From an uncultured delta proteobacterium (lineage in GTDB: Bacteria; Myxococcota_A; Polyangia; Fen-1088): 64,000 nucleotides of DNA. Below the pieces are notes generated by a model, which was not told where the DNA came from, did not search any database, and was given only the letters and a program-made list of their open reading frames with translations. The number at the start of each line of letters is the position of its first letter. Within the stretch, counting starts at the first letter, position 1. This document shows positions 49,353-58,034 of this stretch, one piece after another. Location: positions 1,344,001-1,408,000 of the forward strand of contig CAVYGB010000010.1 of the NCBI GenBank assembly GCA_963767925.1. Direction: 5' to 3'. Made by a program: the position numbers and the translations under genes.

Positions 49353-49457
49353 GCTGTCTCTCTGTCGGGACATTTACCAGGCGTGATCAGTAATAGGTCT
49401 TACACACCATAGTGGATGATCGTGAGCGTCCCTGCTACACCTGAGGGCAGGGCGCGC

Positions 49458-49859
49458 ATGAAGGTGGCAAGAGCCGTTGTGAGAGATCGGAGTCCTCGGG
49501 GACGAGCCGTCAGAACGCTGACGCTCCTCGCCGCGCTGCTCTTCTCCGGCTGCCAGCGGAGCCCGGTGCTCCCCGCCGAGGGGTCGTACGTCACGCAGCG
49601 CCTGGGCGGCGCCGATCCGGACCGCGATGGCGTCATCGACATCGCCGACAACTGCCCGCTCGAGGACAACGCCGACCAGGCCAACGGGGACGGCGACGAG
49701 CTGGGTGACGTCTGCGATCCCTGTCCCGCCACCGTGCTCAACGTCGAGGGCTGCCCCTCGGACAGCGACAGCGATCGCACGCCCGACCGTTCCGACCGCT
49801 GCCCGCTCGATCCCCTCGACGCCTGCGCCGCCGCCGGCACCCCCGCCCCGCCGAAGTGA
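49458..49859 (+). CDS. thrombospondin type-3 repeat lipoprotein
   Basis: LFSGC lipobox; DPDRDGVIDIADNCP..NADQANGDGDELGDVCD, DSDSDRTPDRSDRCP. Confidence 0.75.
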   Translation: MKVARAVVRDRSPRGRAVRTLTLLAALLFSGCQRSPVLPAEGSYVTQRLGGADPDRDGVIDIADNCPLEDNADQANGDGDELGDVCDPCPATVLNVEGCPSDSDSDRTPDRSDRCPLDPLDACAAAGTPAPPK

Positions 49860-50110
49860 GCCCGGGCTAGTGCCGTGAGGCACCCGTGCACCGCTCCGAA
49901 ATATCGTCGAGGCTGCGCCGACGATCCTGCGCCCCCGCTTCGTTGCTCCTCCTCGGAATATGCCGGATATTCGTCGTCGTCGCGCCTCGCGGGGCCGCAG
50001 GCTTGTCGGCGGATCCTTGACGCTATTTCGAGAGCGGTGCACTAGTCCCCTGGAACAGGTTCGCTCGGGCCCGACTGGCCCGGAGGCGGCCCCGCGGGCA
50101 CACTGGGGAG

Positions 50111-50608
50111 ATGGGCAGGCGCCGGCAACTGTTTCCAGAGCGGCGGACGGCGGCCGGAGCGATCGCGCTGGCCCTGCTCGCGGTCCTCGGCGCCGGGTGC
50201 CCGAGCAAGAAGACGCCCCGGCAGCTCATCCAGGAGACCATCGCGGAGGCGGAGGTGGCGGCCGAGGAGAAGGACGTGTCGGCGCTGCGGACGCTGCTGT
50301 CCGAGAAATACGCGGGGGCCGGCGAGCTCGACCGGGCCGGGGTGGTGCGGCTGCTGCAGGTGCACTTCCTGCGAGCCCAGGACATCCACCTGCTGGTGCG
50401 GGTGCCGGCCATCCACGTCCAGGGGGAGGACCGGGCCGAGGCGACGGTGCTGGCGGCGATGGCCTCTTCGCCCATCGCCGCCCCCCAGCAGCTCGCCGGC
50501 CTCAGCGCGGAGCTGATGCGATTCGAGCTCCAGCTCGCGCTCGAGGACGGCAAGTGGAAGGTGCTGTCCGCGACCTGGTCCCCCGCCTCCGCCGGCGACT
50601 TTCTCTAG
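50111..50608 (+). CDS. lipoprotein, probable NTF2-like fold
   Basis: GAGC lipobox; AAEEKDVSALRTLLSEKY; LEDGKWKV. Confidence 0.7.
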   Translation: MGRRRQLFPERRTAAGAIALALLAVLGAGCPSKKTPRQLIQETIAEAEVAAEEKDVSALRTLLSEKYAGAGELDRAGVVRLLQVHFLRAQDIHLLVRVPAIHVQGEDRAEATVLAAMASSPIAAPQQLAGLSAELMRFELQLALEDGKWKVLSATWSPASAGDFL

Positions 50609-50627
50609 CCGGACGTCTCCGGCCCCC

Positions 50628-51533
50628 TCAGCAGGAGGGAGGCAGGGCGGTGCCGAGGCGGAGGGTGAGCAGGGTGGCGTCGTCGCGCGGGCCGGGCATC
50701 GCGGAGATGCGGTCGAACAGGTCGCGCTTGAGGTCGTGCAGGGAGAGGCTGTCGGTGGTGGCGTGCCCGACGGCGGCGGCGATGTCCTGCGGATCGAGCC
50801 GGTCGGTGAGGCCGTCGGTCATCAGCAGAAGGGTGTCGCCGGGCTGGGCGGGAATCTCGTGCTCGTCGCAGCGCCAGCACTCGACGCAGCCCAGGCCCAG
50901 GCCGGGGCCGCCCTCCTCGCCGAGCACCAGCATGGTGCCGTTGCGGCGGAACAGCAGGGCGGCGGGGTGGCCGGCCGAGGCGATGGTCCAGACCGCCCGG
51001 GGCAGATCGAGGGTCACGCAGCAGGCGGTCACGAAGCGATCGCCGAGGTCCTGCTGGTCCAGCCAGCGGTTCATGCGGGCGAGGATGCGGCGGGGGCGCA
51101 GGCTCCGCCGGGTCACCCGCCGGATCTCGCCGCTCACCCGGGCCATGATGAGGGCGGCCGCCACGCCCTTGCCGGCCACGTCGCCAACGACGGCGGTGAG
51201 CTGGCCGGTCGGGTGGGTCGTCACCTCGAAGAAGTCGCCGCCCACCTGGTGGGCCGGCCGGTATTCGGCCACCATGTCGACCCCGCGCCACTGCTGCTCG
51301 AGCGGCGGGAGCAGCCCCCGCTGGACAGCCCGGGCAGCGGCGAGGTCGCGCTCCAGCCAGGTCGGCTCGGACCGCTTGACCACCAGCTCCGCCGGGCTCG
51401 TCGTCACCCCCGTCGTGATCCGGTTGACCACGGTGTTGGCCGGGTCGGGCGCACCCTGAACGACGACTTCGATCGAGCCGGAGGCGGCGCCGGCTGGGGT
51501 GGCGGGGAGCTCGGAGTAACCGGTCGGAGTCAT
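50628..51533 (-). CDS. PP2C/SpoIIE (RsbU-like) protein phosphatase
   Basis: VGGDFF, GDVAGKGVAAAL, FVTA, SAGHP, MTDGLTD, DDATLL. Confidence 0.92.
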   Translation of the reverse strand: MTPTGYSELPATPAGAASGSIEVVVQGAPDPANTVVNRITTGVTTSPAELVVKRSEPTWLERDLAAARAVQRGLLPPLEQQWRGVDMVAEYRPAHQVGGDFFEVTTHPTGQLTAVVGDVAGKGVAAALIMARVSGEIRRVTRRSLRPRRILARMNRWLDQQDLGDRFVTACCVTLDLPRAVWTIASAGHPAALLFRRNGTMLVLGEEGGPGLGLGCVECWRCDEHEIPAQPGDTLLLMTDGLTDRLDPQDIAAAVGHATTDSLSLHDLKRDLFDRISAMPGPRDDATLLTLRLGTALPPSC

Positions 51534-51734
51534 GCGGGGCCTTTCCCGGATTGCTGGCAAGTTAACTTTGCGGCCATGCGTCGTAATTTACGGGGATCCC
51601 CAGATAAGGGGGCACTGACTACTTGAGGCCTAACGGGCGCCGGATACAAGTATTCCGGACGCCCAGTGCGACTTGCGTCACGTCATGGCGCATCTTTTGC
51701 GCCGGGCCAGGGCCGGCGCTGGGATCCGCGGCGG

Positions 51735-52772
51735 CTACTCGAAGCCAGCGTTGAGGGCGGCGACCTCTTCGGCGGTGAGCGCCCGGCCGTACACGCGGAC
51801 CTCGTCGACCAGGCCGGTGAACCGCTCGCTGTTGTCGAAGTTCGAGCCGAGGCGGGCCCGGAACACGGCACCGGTGTCGGCCGCCGCGGTCGAGGTGGCT
51901 CGCTGGGTGCCGTCGAGGAAGAGGCGGTGGGTGGTGCCGTCGAAGGTGTAAACCAGGTGGTGCCATCCGGGAGCGGGGGGCGCCGCGACGGCGAGGTCGC
52001 CCGGGGTGCCGCTGCGCCAGGCGCCGATCTGGCCCTCCTTGAAGCCGAGCTTGAGCCGCGAGCTGCCCATGGTCCCGGCGGTCAGCGAGAGACAGACGAA
52101 GCGGCCCACGGCGGGGGGCACGGCGTCGAAGCGGAGCCAGAAGCTGACGCTCTGGGCGCGGTTGTTGGCCGGCAAGTTGCGCGCGCCGAGCTCGACGAAG
52201 TCGTCGACGCCGTCGAAGCGGAGGGCGCCGCCGTTGGAATAGCGGGCGCCCGGGAAGCCCCCGGCCTCCCAGGTGGCGCCAGAGACGACGCCGAGGTTGC
52301 CGTTCCCACCACTGTCGAGGACGGTGGCGGCGCTCTCGTCGAGCTTCCAGCGGCTGATGAGGCCCATGCCGAGGGTCGTGCTGCTGGCCACCGGGGCGTC
52401 GGGCGGGGGCGCCGGGGGCGCGCTGTCGACCGGGGCGGAGACCGTGTCGGGCGCGGGCGCCGAGGCGTCGGGCAGCGGGACCTGGATGCCCCCTGCCCCG
52501 CCGCTGCCCGGGGTTCCCGCCGCGCCGCCGCTGCCGGCGGACCCTTCGCTGCCGCCGGTCCCGGCCTGCCCGCTCTCACCCGCGATCGGTCCGGGCGGCG
52601 GGCGGCCGCCGCTCCCCCCTGCCCCGCCGCGGCCACCGGGCGCGGCGTCGGGCGGCGGTGGAGGATCGGTATAGATGTCGGTGATGTTCTCGTAGTGCCG
52701 ACAGCTCGACAGCGACAGACCCGCAAGCGACGCCGAAGTCGCCCACCACACGATGAAAGCCAAGCGATGCAC
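51735..52772 (-). CDS. LamG/concanavalin A-like domain lipoprotein
   Basis: LSSC lipobox, Gly/Pro linker, WKLDE...FDGVDDFVE...WHHLVYTFDG...GLVDEVRVYGRALT; GGAGG RBS before GTG 52772. Confidence 0.85.
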   Translation of the reverse strand: MHRLAFIVWWATSASLAGLSLSSCRHYENITDIYTDPPPPPDAAPGGRGGAGGSGGRPPPGPIAGESGQAGTGGSEGSAGSGGAAGTPGSGGAGGIQVPLPDASAPAPDTVSAPVDSAPPAPPPDAPVASSTTLGMGLISRWKLDESAATVLDSGGNGNLGVVSGATWEAGGFPGARYSNGGALRFDGVDDFVELGARNLPANNRAQSVSFWLRFDAVPPAVGRFVCLSLTAGTMGSSRLKLGFKEGQIGAWRSGTPGDLAVAAPPAPGWHHLVYTFDGTTHRLFLDGTQRATSTAAADTGAVFRARLGSNFDNSERFTGLVDEVRVYGRALTAEEVAALNAGFE

Positions 52773-52896
52773 GGGGAACCTCCGGTGAGCTATGTCGGCG
52801 ATTGTGGCAGGTTTCGATCCAAAACGGGAGCGGGTCGGTTCGGGACCCACGCCGCGTCCGGACAGGCCCGGGGAGAGGCGCGCGGCGCCCGAGGAA

Positions 52897-54219
52897 TCAG
52901 CCGGTGCGCCAGGCCTTGCCGGCCGGGAAGGCATACTCCTCGAGGACCTCCGGCTTCATGGTGATGCTGTAGCCCGGGGCCTTCGGGGGCATGTAGCGCC
53001 CGTTCCTGGTGACCAGCGGATCAACGAAGTGCTCGTGCAGGTGGTCGGCGTATTCGGTGAGCCGGTCCTCCAGCGAGGCGCTCACGCACACGTAGTCGAT
53101 GATCGACAGGTGCTGGACGTATTCGCACAGGCCCACCCCGCCGGCGTGGGGCCAGACCGGCAGGCCGAACTTGGCGGCCATGAGCAGCACGGCGAGGATC
53201 TCGTTCACCCCGCCCAGCCGGCAGCTATCGATCTGGCAGTAGCCGACCGCGCCGGCCTGCATGAACTGCTTCCACATCACCCGGTTGTGGCACATCTCGC
53301 CGGTGGCGACCTTGATGGGGGCGATGGCCCGGGCGATGGCGGCGTGGCCCAGCAGGTCGTCGGGGCTGGTCGGCTCCTCGATGAAGTGGGGGCGGAACTC
53401 GGCCAGGGCCTTCATCCAGCGGATGGCCTCGCCGACGCCCCAGACCTGGTTGGCGTCGGTCATGAGGTGCCGGTCCCAGCCGATCTCCTCGCGGATGATG
53501 CGACAGCGGCGGATGTCGTCCTCGAGGTTGCGGCCGACCTTGATCTTGAAGTGGCGCCAGCCGCGGGCGGTGAGATCGCGGCAGAGCGCCCGCAGCTTGT
53601 CGTCGGGGTAGCCGAGCCAGCCGGCCGAGGTTGTGTAGGTCGGGTAGCCGTCGCGCTCCATCTCGGCGATGCGGGCGGCGCGGGTGGCGACGTTCTTGCG
53701 GAGGATCTCGATCGCCTCGGCCGGGGTGAGGGCGTCCTCGATGTAGCGGAAGTCGATGCAGGCGACGATCTGCTCGGGGGTCATGTCGCAGACCAGCTTC
53801 CAGACCGGCTTGCCCTCGGCCTTGCCCCACAGGTCCCAGATCGCGTTGACGACGGCGGCGGTGGCCAGGTGGATGACCCCCTTCTCCGGGCCCACCCAGC
53901 GGAGCTGGCTGTCGCCGGTGATGGCCCGCCAGGAGCCGGCCATGTCGCCGGTGAAGTCGGCCAGGCTCTTGCCCACCACCAGGGGGCGCAGGGCTTCGAG
54001 GGCGGCCACGCAGATCTCGTTGCCCCGGCCGATGGTGAAGGTCATGCCGTGGCCCTCGAGGCCGGACACGCTGGTGCGCAGGATGACGTAGGCGGCCGAA
54101 TAGTCGGGATCGGGGTTCATGGCGTCCGAGCCATCGAGCGTGCGCGAGGTGGGAAAGCGGACGTCGCGGGCGTCGAGGCCGGTGATGACGATCGAGCGGG
54201 CGGGTGGTGTTGCAGGCAT
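52897..54219 (-). CDS. fucD: L-fuconate dehydratase (enolase superfamily, ENOSF1-like)
   Basis: DVRFPTS...GSDAMNPDPDYSAAY, FTIGRGNE, KIKVG, DANQ, IEEPTSPDD, TGE, PHAGGVGLCE. Confidence 0.92.
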   Translation of the reverse strand: MPATPPARSIVITGLDARDVRFPTSRTLDGSDAMNPDPDYSAAYVILRTSVSGLEGHGMTFTIGRGNEICVAALEALRPLVVGKSLADFTGDMAGSWRAITGDSQLRWVGPEKGVIHLATAAVVNAIWDLWGKAEGKPVWKLVCDMTPEQIVACIDFRYIEDALTPAEAIEILRKNVATRAARIAEMERDGYPTYTTSAGWLGYPDDKLRALCRDLTARGWRHFKIKVGRNLEDDIRRCRIIREEIGWDRHLMTDANQVWGVGEAIRWMKALAEFRPHFIEEPTSPDDLLGHAAIARAIAPIKVATGEMCHNRVMWKQFMQAGAVGYCQIDSCRLGGVNEILAVLLMAAKFGLPVWPHAGGVGLCEYVQHLSIIDYVCVSASLEDRLTEYADHLHEHFVDPLVTRNGRYMPPKAPGYSITMKPEVLEEYAFPAGKAWRTG

Positions 54220-54272
54220 GGCGCCCGCATATCTACACCGGCGGCGGCCCCGCCGGAATCGTCAGAGCGGGC

Positions 54273-55640
54273 TCAGCGGGCTTGCCGCAAACTGGCGAGC
54301 GCCCTGGCGCGGCGCCGCTGCCACTCGGGGGCGCGCGCGTCGGAGGCGAAGCGGCGCAGGAGGTCGCGGTAGGCGTCGGCGGCCGGCTGCCACTTGCCCT
54401 CGGCGAACAGCCGATCGGCCCGCTCCAGCAGGGCCGGCAGCGGCTCGAGCGGCTCGGCCCGCTCGCTGGCCCGGGACGCCAGCTTGGCCTCGGGGCGCCC
54501 GGCCGGAGCCGAGGTGGCGACGGCGGCGGGGGCCGCCGCTTCGGGCTCGAGCGGCGCACCGGCCGAGGCCCGCGGCGGCACCAGGATGGGCGCCCGCGCC
54601 GGCCGGGGCCGGTCGTCGAGCCCGAAGGACAGGTCGTGGCTCACGCTGGGAGCGGCGGGCTTCTGGGGCCGGTTGGCGATCCGGTAGTCGACGGCGTCGG
54701 CCTCGTCGGCCGCGGTGTCCTGGTCGGCCGCCCGACCGATCGTCCGGTCGGCAGGCGCCGCCCGGTCCTCGCGCTGCGCGCCGAGGTCGCGCTTGCTGGC
54801 GACGGCCGCTGGCGGGGCGGGGACCGGAGCGCGGGCCTCGGCGGCGGAGGCCTCGGGGGCGGGGGGCGGCGGGGGAGCGAAGCGCAGGGACCGGGCGCGG
54901 CCGAGGCCCTCCTCCTGGCGGAGCCGGCGGCGGGCCGGCTGCCCGAACCCGTCGGCCGGGCCGGGGTTGCCCGGGCCGGCGCCGGCACCGCGGGCGGCAG
55001 CAGGGCGGGCCAGCCGCGCCGGGGCGCTCTCCCCGGCGGGCAGGCTGGCGCCCTTGCCGCCCGCGGCCTCCCGGGGGGCCTCGGCCTTGGCCTTCTCCCC
55101 GAGGGCGAGGTCGTCCGCGCCTTCGCTGGCTTGCTGCCGGACGCTCTCGTCCAGCGCGGGGGCGAGGAGCGGCGCGGGCGCCGGCTCGGCGAGCCCGCGC
55201 TCGAGCGCCTCGCGCGGGCCGTCCAGGATGGCCGGGCGGGCGATGAAGAAGATCGCCAGCAGCGAGACGGTGGCGAAGGCGGGCAGGAACCAGGGGCGCC
55301 GCAGCCAGGACCAGAAACCCTCGCGCGCGGCGTGGGGGCCGATCTTGCCGGATCGCTGGCCGGGGTCGCGGGGGGCCGGCGCCGCGAGGGGGACCACCCG
55401 CTGGCGCAGGGCGAGCTCGGCGGCGGCCATCACGTCGCGCCGGATGTGGGCGGGCGCGGGCGCGGACAGGGGGCCGTCCAGGGCCAGGCGGGCCGTGCGC
55501 CGAGCGCGGTCCATCCCCTCGACCTCGCGGCGGCAGGCGTCGCAGGTGGCGAGGTGGGCCTCGAACGCGCGCCGGGCGTCGCCGTCCAGCTCCCCGTACA
55601 GGTGATCGACGATCCGGTCGGTGGCCTCGGGGCAGGTCAT
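54273..55640 (-). CDS. zinc-binding anti-sigma factor (zf-HC2) with TM and C-terminal TPR-like helices
   Basis: MTC...HLATCDAC (HxxxCxxC); TM FATVSLLAIFFIA; ATGA coupling to the sigma gene. Confidence 0.88.
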   Translation of the reverse strand: MTCPEATDRIVDHLYGELDGDARRAFEAHLATCDACRREVEGMDRARRTARLALDGPLSAPAPAHIRRDVMAAAELALRQRVVPLAAPAPRDPGQRSGKIGPHAAREGFWSWLRRPWFLPAFATVSLLAIFFIARPAILDGPREALERGLAEPAPAPLLAPALDESVRQQASEGADDLALGEKAKAEAPREAAGGKGASLPAGESAPARLARPAAARGAGAGPGNPGPADGFGQPARRRLRQEEGLGRARSLRFAPPPPPAPEASAAEARAPVPAPPAAVASKRDLGAQREDRAAPADRTIGRAADQDTAADEADAVDYRIANRPQKPAAPSVSHDLSFGLDDRPRPARAPILVPPRASAGAPLEPEAAAPAAVATSAPAGRPEAKLASRASERAEPLEPLPALLERADRLFAEGKWQPAADAYRDLLRRFASDARAPEWQRRRARALASLRQAR

Positions 55641-56266
55641 GGCGTCTGCTCCGCTCCGGAGGCCGCCGCCCGGGGGCCGGGCTCGCGCCAGTCGGCGAGG
55701 GCCACCCGCATCCGCTCGAGGGCGTAGCGCATGCGGCTCTTGACCGTGGGGAGGCTGGCCCCCACCGCCACCGCGATCTCGGCGAAGGGCAGATCCTGCA
55801 GCTCACGCATGAGGAACACCTCGCGCTGCTCGACCGGCAGGCTGGCCAGGGCCTCCTCGATGCGGGTGGCCATCTGCCGATTGTTCAGCGCCACCTCGCC
55901 GCCGCGATCGCCACCCGTCACCAGGTCGATCCGGCGGGGTCCCGATCCCTCGGACTGCCCGTCGGGCTGGGCCGGACCGTCGAGCGAGCTGGTCCGACGC
56001 AGGCTCATGCGGCGCGCGTGGTCGGTGCACAGGTTGCGGGCGATGGTGTAGACCCATGTCGAGAACTTCGCGGTAGGCTGCCATTCGTCGGCGCTGCGAA
56101 CCACACGCAAGAACACCTCCTGGAGCAGGTCCTCGGCCGAGGCCCCGTCTGCCACGAAGCGCCGCAGGAAGTTCCACAGCGCCCGTTCGTGACGGGTCAC
56201 GAGCTGGGAGAACGCCTGCACGTCTCCGCCTCGGTACGCCGCCATGAGAGCCTCGTCCGTCGTCAT
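55637..56266 (-). CDS. ECF RNA polymerase sigma factor
   Basis: AEDLLQEVFLRV, FSTWVYTIARNLCTD, LPVEQREVF, TVKSRMRYA. Start may lie further upstream. Confidence 0.93.
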   Translation of the reverse strand: MTTDEALMAAYRGGDVQAFSQLVTRHERALWNFLRRFVADGASAEDLLQEVFLRVVRSADEWQPTAKFSTWVYTIARNLCTDHARRMSLRRTSSLDGPAQPDGQSEGSGPRRIDLVTGGDRGGEVALNNRQMATRIEEALASLPVEQREVFLMRELQDLPFAEIAVAVGASLPTVKSRMRYALERMRVALADWREPGPRAAASGAEQTP

Positions 56267-56490
56267 GTGTAGTGGGATCCCCGCAAGGGGCGCCCGGACC
56301 CGGGGTTCTTCGAGCTTCAATGCTACGCCACCGGTGTCCTCTGCAGGGTGGCAACGCGCCAGCGGGGGCAAAGATCTGAGAAAAGCGCAGGGGGGATCGG
56401 CGTCGCGGGCAGGGGTTGCGGCGCGTCTGGGCGGGCGGGTCGCGGCGGACCTGGTCAGGTGCGGCGGGGATACCCACCTTGCCGACAGGG

Positions 56491-57669
56491 ATGGGATTGC
56501 ACCGCACGCAGCTCCTGGGGAATACGGGCGCGCTGCTCGACGCCTTCTTTGCCGACGCGGCCCGGGCCACCCGCCGGATCTGGGTGGAGTGTTTCATCGT
56601 CCGCGCCGACCGGCTGGGGCAGATGTTCGCCGACGCGCTCGCGGCGGCCGCCGCCCGGGGGGTGGACGTGCAGCTCCTGTACGACCCCATGGGCTGCCGG
56701 GCCACCGACCCGGCCTACTTCACGGCGCTGGCCGGCCGGGGGGTCAAGGTGTGCAGCTACGGCCGGGACGTCCACCACCAGGTGGCCCGCCTGCTGCCGC
56801 GGGCCCGCAACCATTCCCGCATCTACCTGCTCGACGACGCCGCCTACACCGGAGGCCACGCCTGGGGCGACGAGTGGCTGCCGCGCGAGCGGGGGGGGAT
56901 GGGCTGGCAGGACGTGTGCTGCCGGGTCGAGGGCCCGGTTGTCGAGGACATGGCCCAGCTCTTCCAGCGCCGCTGCCTGGAGGCGAAGGGGACGCCCACC
57001 ATGCTCGACTACGACACCGAGGGGCACTACCCCGACCTGCGCCTGATCTCCGACGCCCCCTCGTTCACCAGCGTCCTCTATTACGCCTACCTGGAGGCGT
57101 TCGCGCGCGCGCGCCGGCGCATCTGGCTGGCCAACGCCTACTTCTTCCCGCCCCGCGACCTCATCGTCACGCTGGTGCAGGCGGCCCGGCGCGGGGTTGA
57201 CGTGCGGCTCATCCTCCCGGGCGAGAGCGACATCCCCCTGCTGCGCCGGGCGGCGCGCGCCGAATACCTGGACTGGCTGGAGGCGAACGTCGGCATCTGG
57301 GAGTACCGGGGCACGGTGATGCACGCCAAATACGCCCTGGTCGACGACGCCTGGAGCACCATCGGCACCTTCAACGCCAACGCCGCCAGCCTGTCGGTGG
57401 CCATCGAGACCGCGCTGCTGAGCTGCGATCGCGACTTCACCGCCAGCGTGGCCGAGCAGTTCGAGCTCGACCTGACCCGCAGCGCGCGCATCTCGCTCGC
57501 CGACGTGAGGAAGCTGCGCTGGCGGGACCGGGCGCTCGACGCCCTGGCGCACGGGGTGATGACCTTCGGGGACGCCATCCTGGATCCGACCGGGCGGCAA
57601 GGGGTGCGGCGCAAACCGCAGCCCGGCCCTGTCAGGGTGACGGCCGATGTCCGGGCTTCGACCCGATAG
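56491..57669 (+). CDS. phospholipase D family protein, cardiolipin synthase ClsB-like
   Basis: ARGVDVQLLYD..G, WQDVCCRVEGP, NAYFFP, MHAKYALVDD...IGTFN; first HKD motif degenerate. Confidence 0.85.
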   Translation: MGLHRTQLLGNTGALLDAFFADAARATRRIWVECFIVRADRLGQMFADALAAAAARGVDVQLLYDPMGCRATDPAYFTALAGRGVKVCSYGRDVHHQVARLLPRARNHSRIYLLDDAAYTGGHAWGDEWLPRERGGMGWQDVCCRVEGPVVEDMAQLFQRRCLEAKGTPTMLDYDTEGHYPDLRLISDAPSFTSVLYYAYLEAFARARRRIWLANAYFFPPRDLIVTLVQAARRGVDVRLILPGESDIPLLRRAARAEYLDWLEANVGIWEYRGTVMHAKYALVDDAWSTIGTFNANAASLSVAIETALLSCDRDFTASVAEQFELDLTRSARISLADVRKLRWRDRALDALAHGVMTFGDAILDPTGRQGVRRKPQPGPVRVTADVRASTR

Positions 57670-57731
57670 GCGTTGGCCGATTGTCCCGCAGAGGTCCAAA
57701 CCCATAGTGGGTGAGGGTGAGGAGGTGGACG

Positions 57732-57956
57732 ATGGCTCAGGCGAACAATCCGGAGGGTGGCACGCAGGCGTGGGATGAGGGGACGAGCGAGATGGAGATC
57801 GATCCCGTGTGCGGGATGGAGGTCGACCGCGCGACCGCCGCCGGCTCCAGCCACTACCAGGGGACGCGGTATTACTTCTGCTCGGAGGAGTGCAAGCTGA
57901 GCTTCGACGCCAGCCCGGAGGAATACGTCGGCAGCCCCGACAACGTGCAGGCCTGA
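57732..57956 (+). CDS. YHS domain protein
   Basis: DPVCGMEVD...YQGTRYYFCSEECKLSFDASPEEY; GGAGG RBS. Confidence 0.88.
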   Translation: MAQANNPEGGTQAWDEGTSEMEIDPVCGMEVDRATAAGSSHYQGTRYYFCSEECKLSFDASPEEYVGSPDNVQA

Positions 57957-57988
57957 GCTCGCCCTCCCGCAGGGCGTCCGGAAGATCA

Positions 57989-58018
57989 CCTCTCCCCACG
58001 GCAGACCGCGGGGAGAGG
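57989..58018. repeat. REP-like hairpin identical to 31490-31519, between convergent genes
   Basis: CCTCTCCCCACGGCAGACCGCGGGGAGAGG. Confidence 0.78.
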
Positions 58019-58034
58019 TTGAACCTGCACCGGG

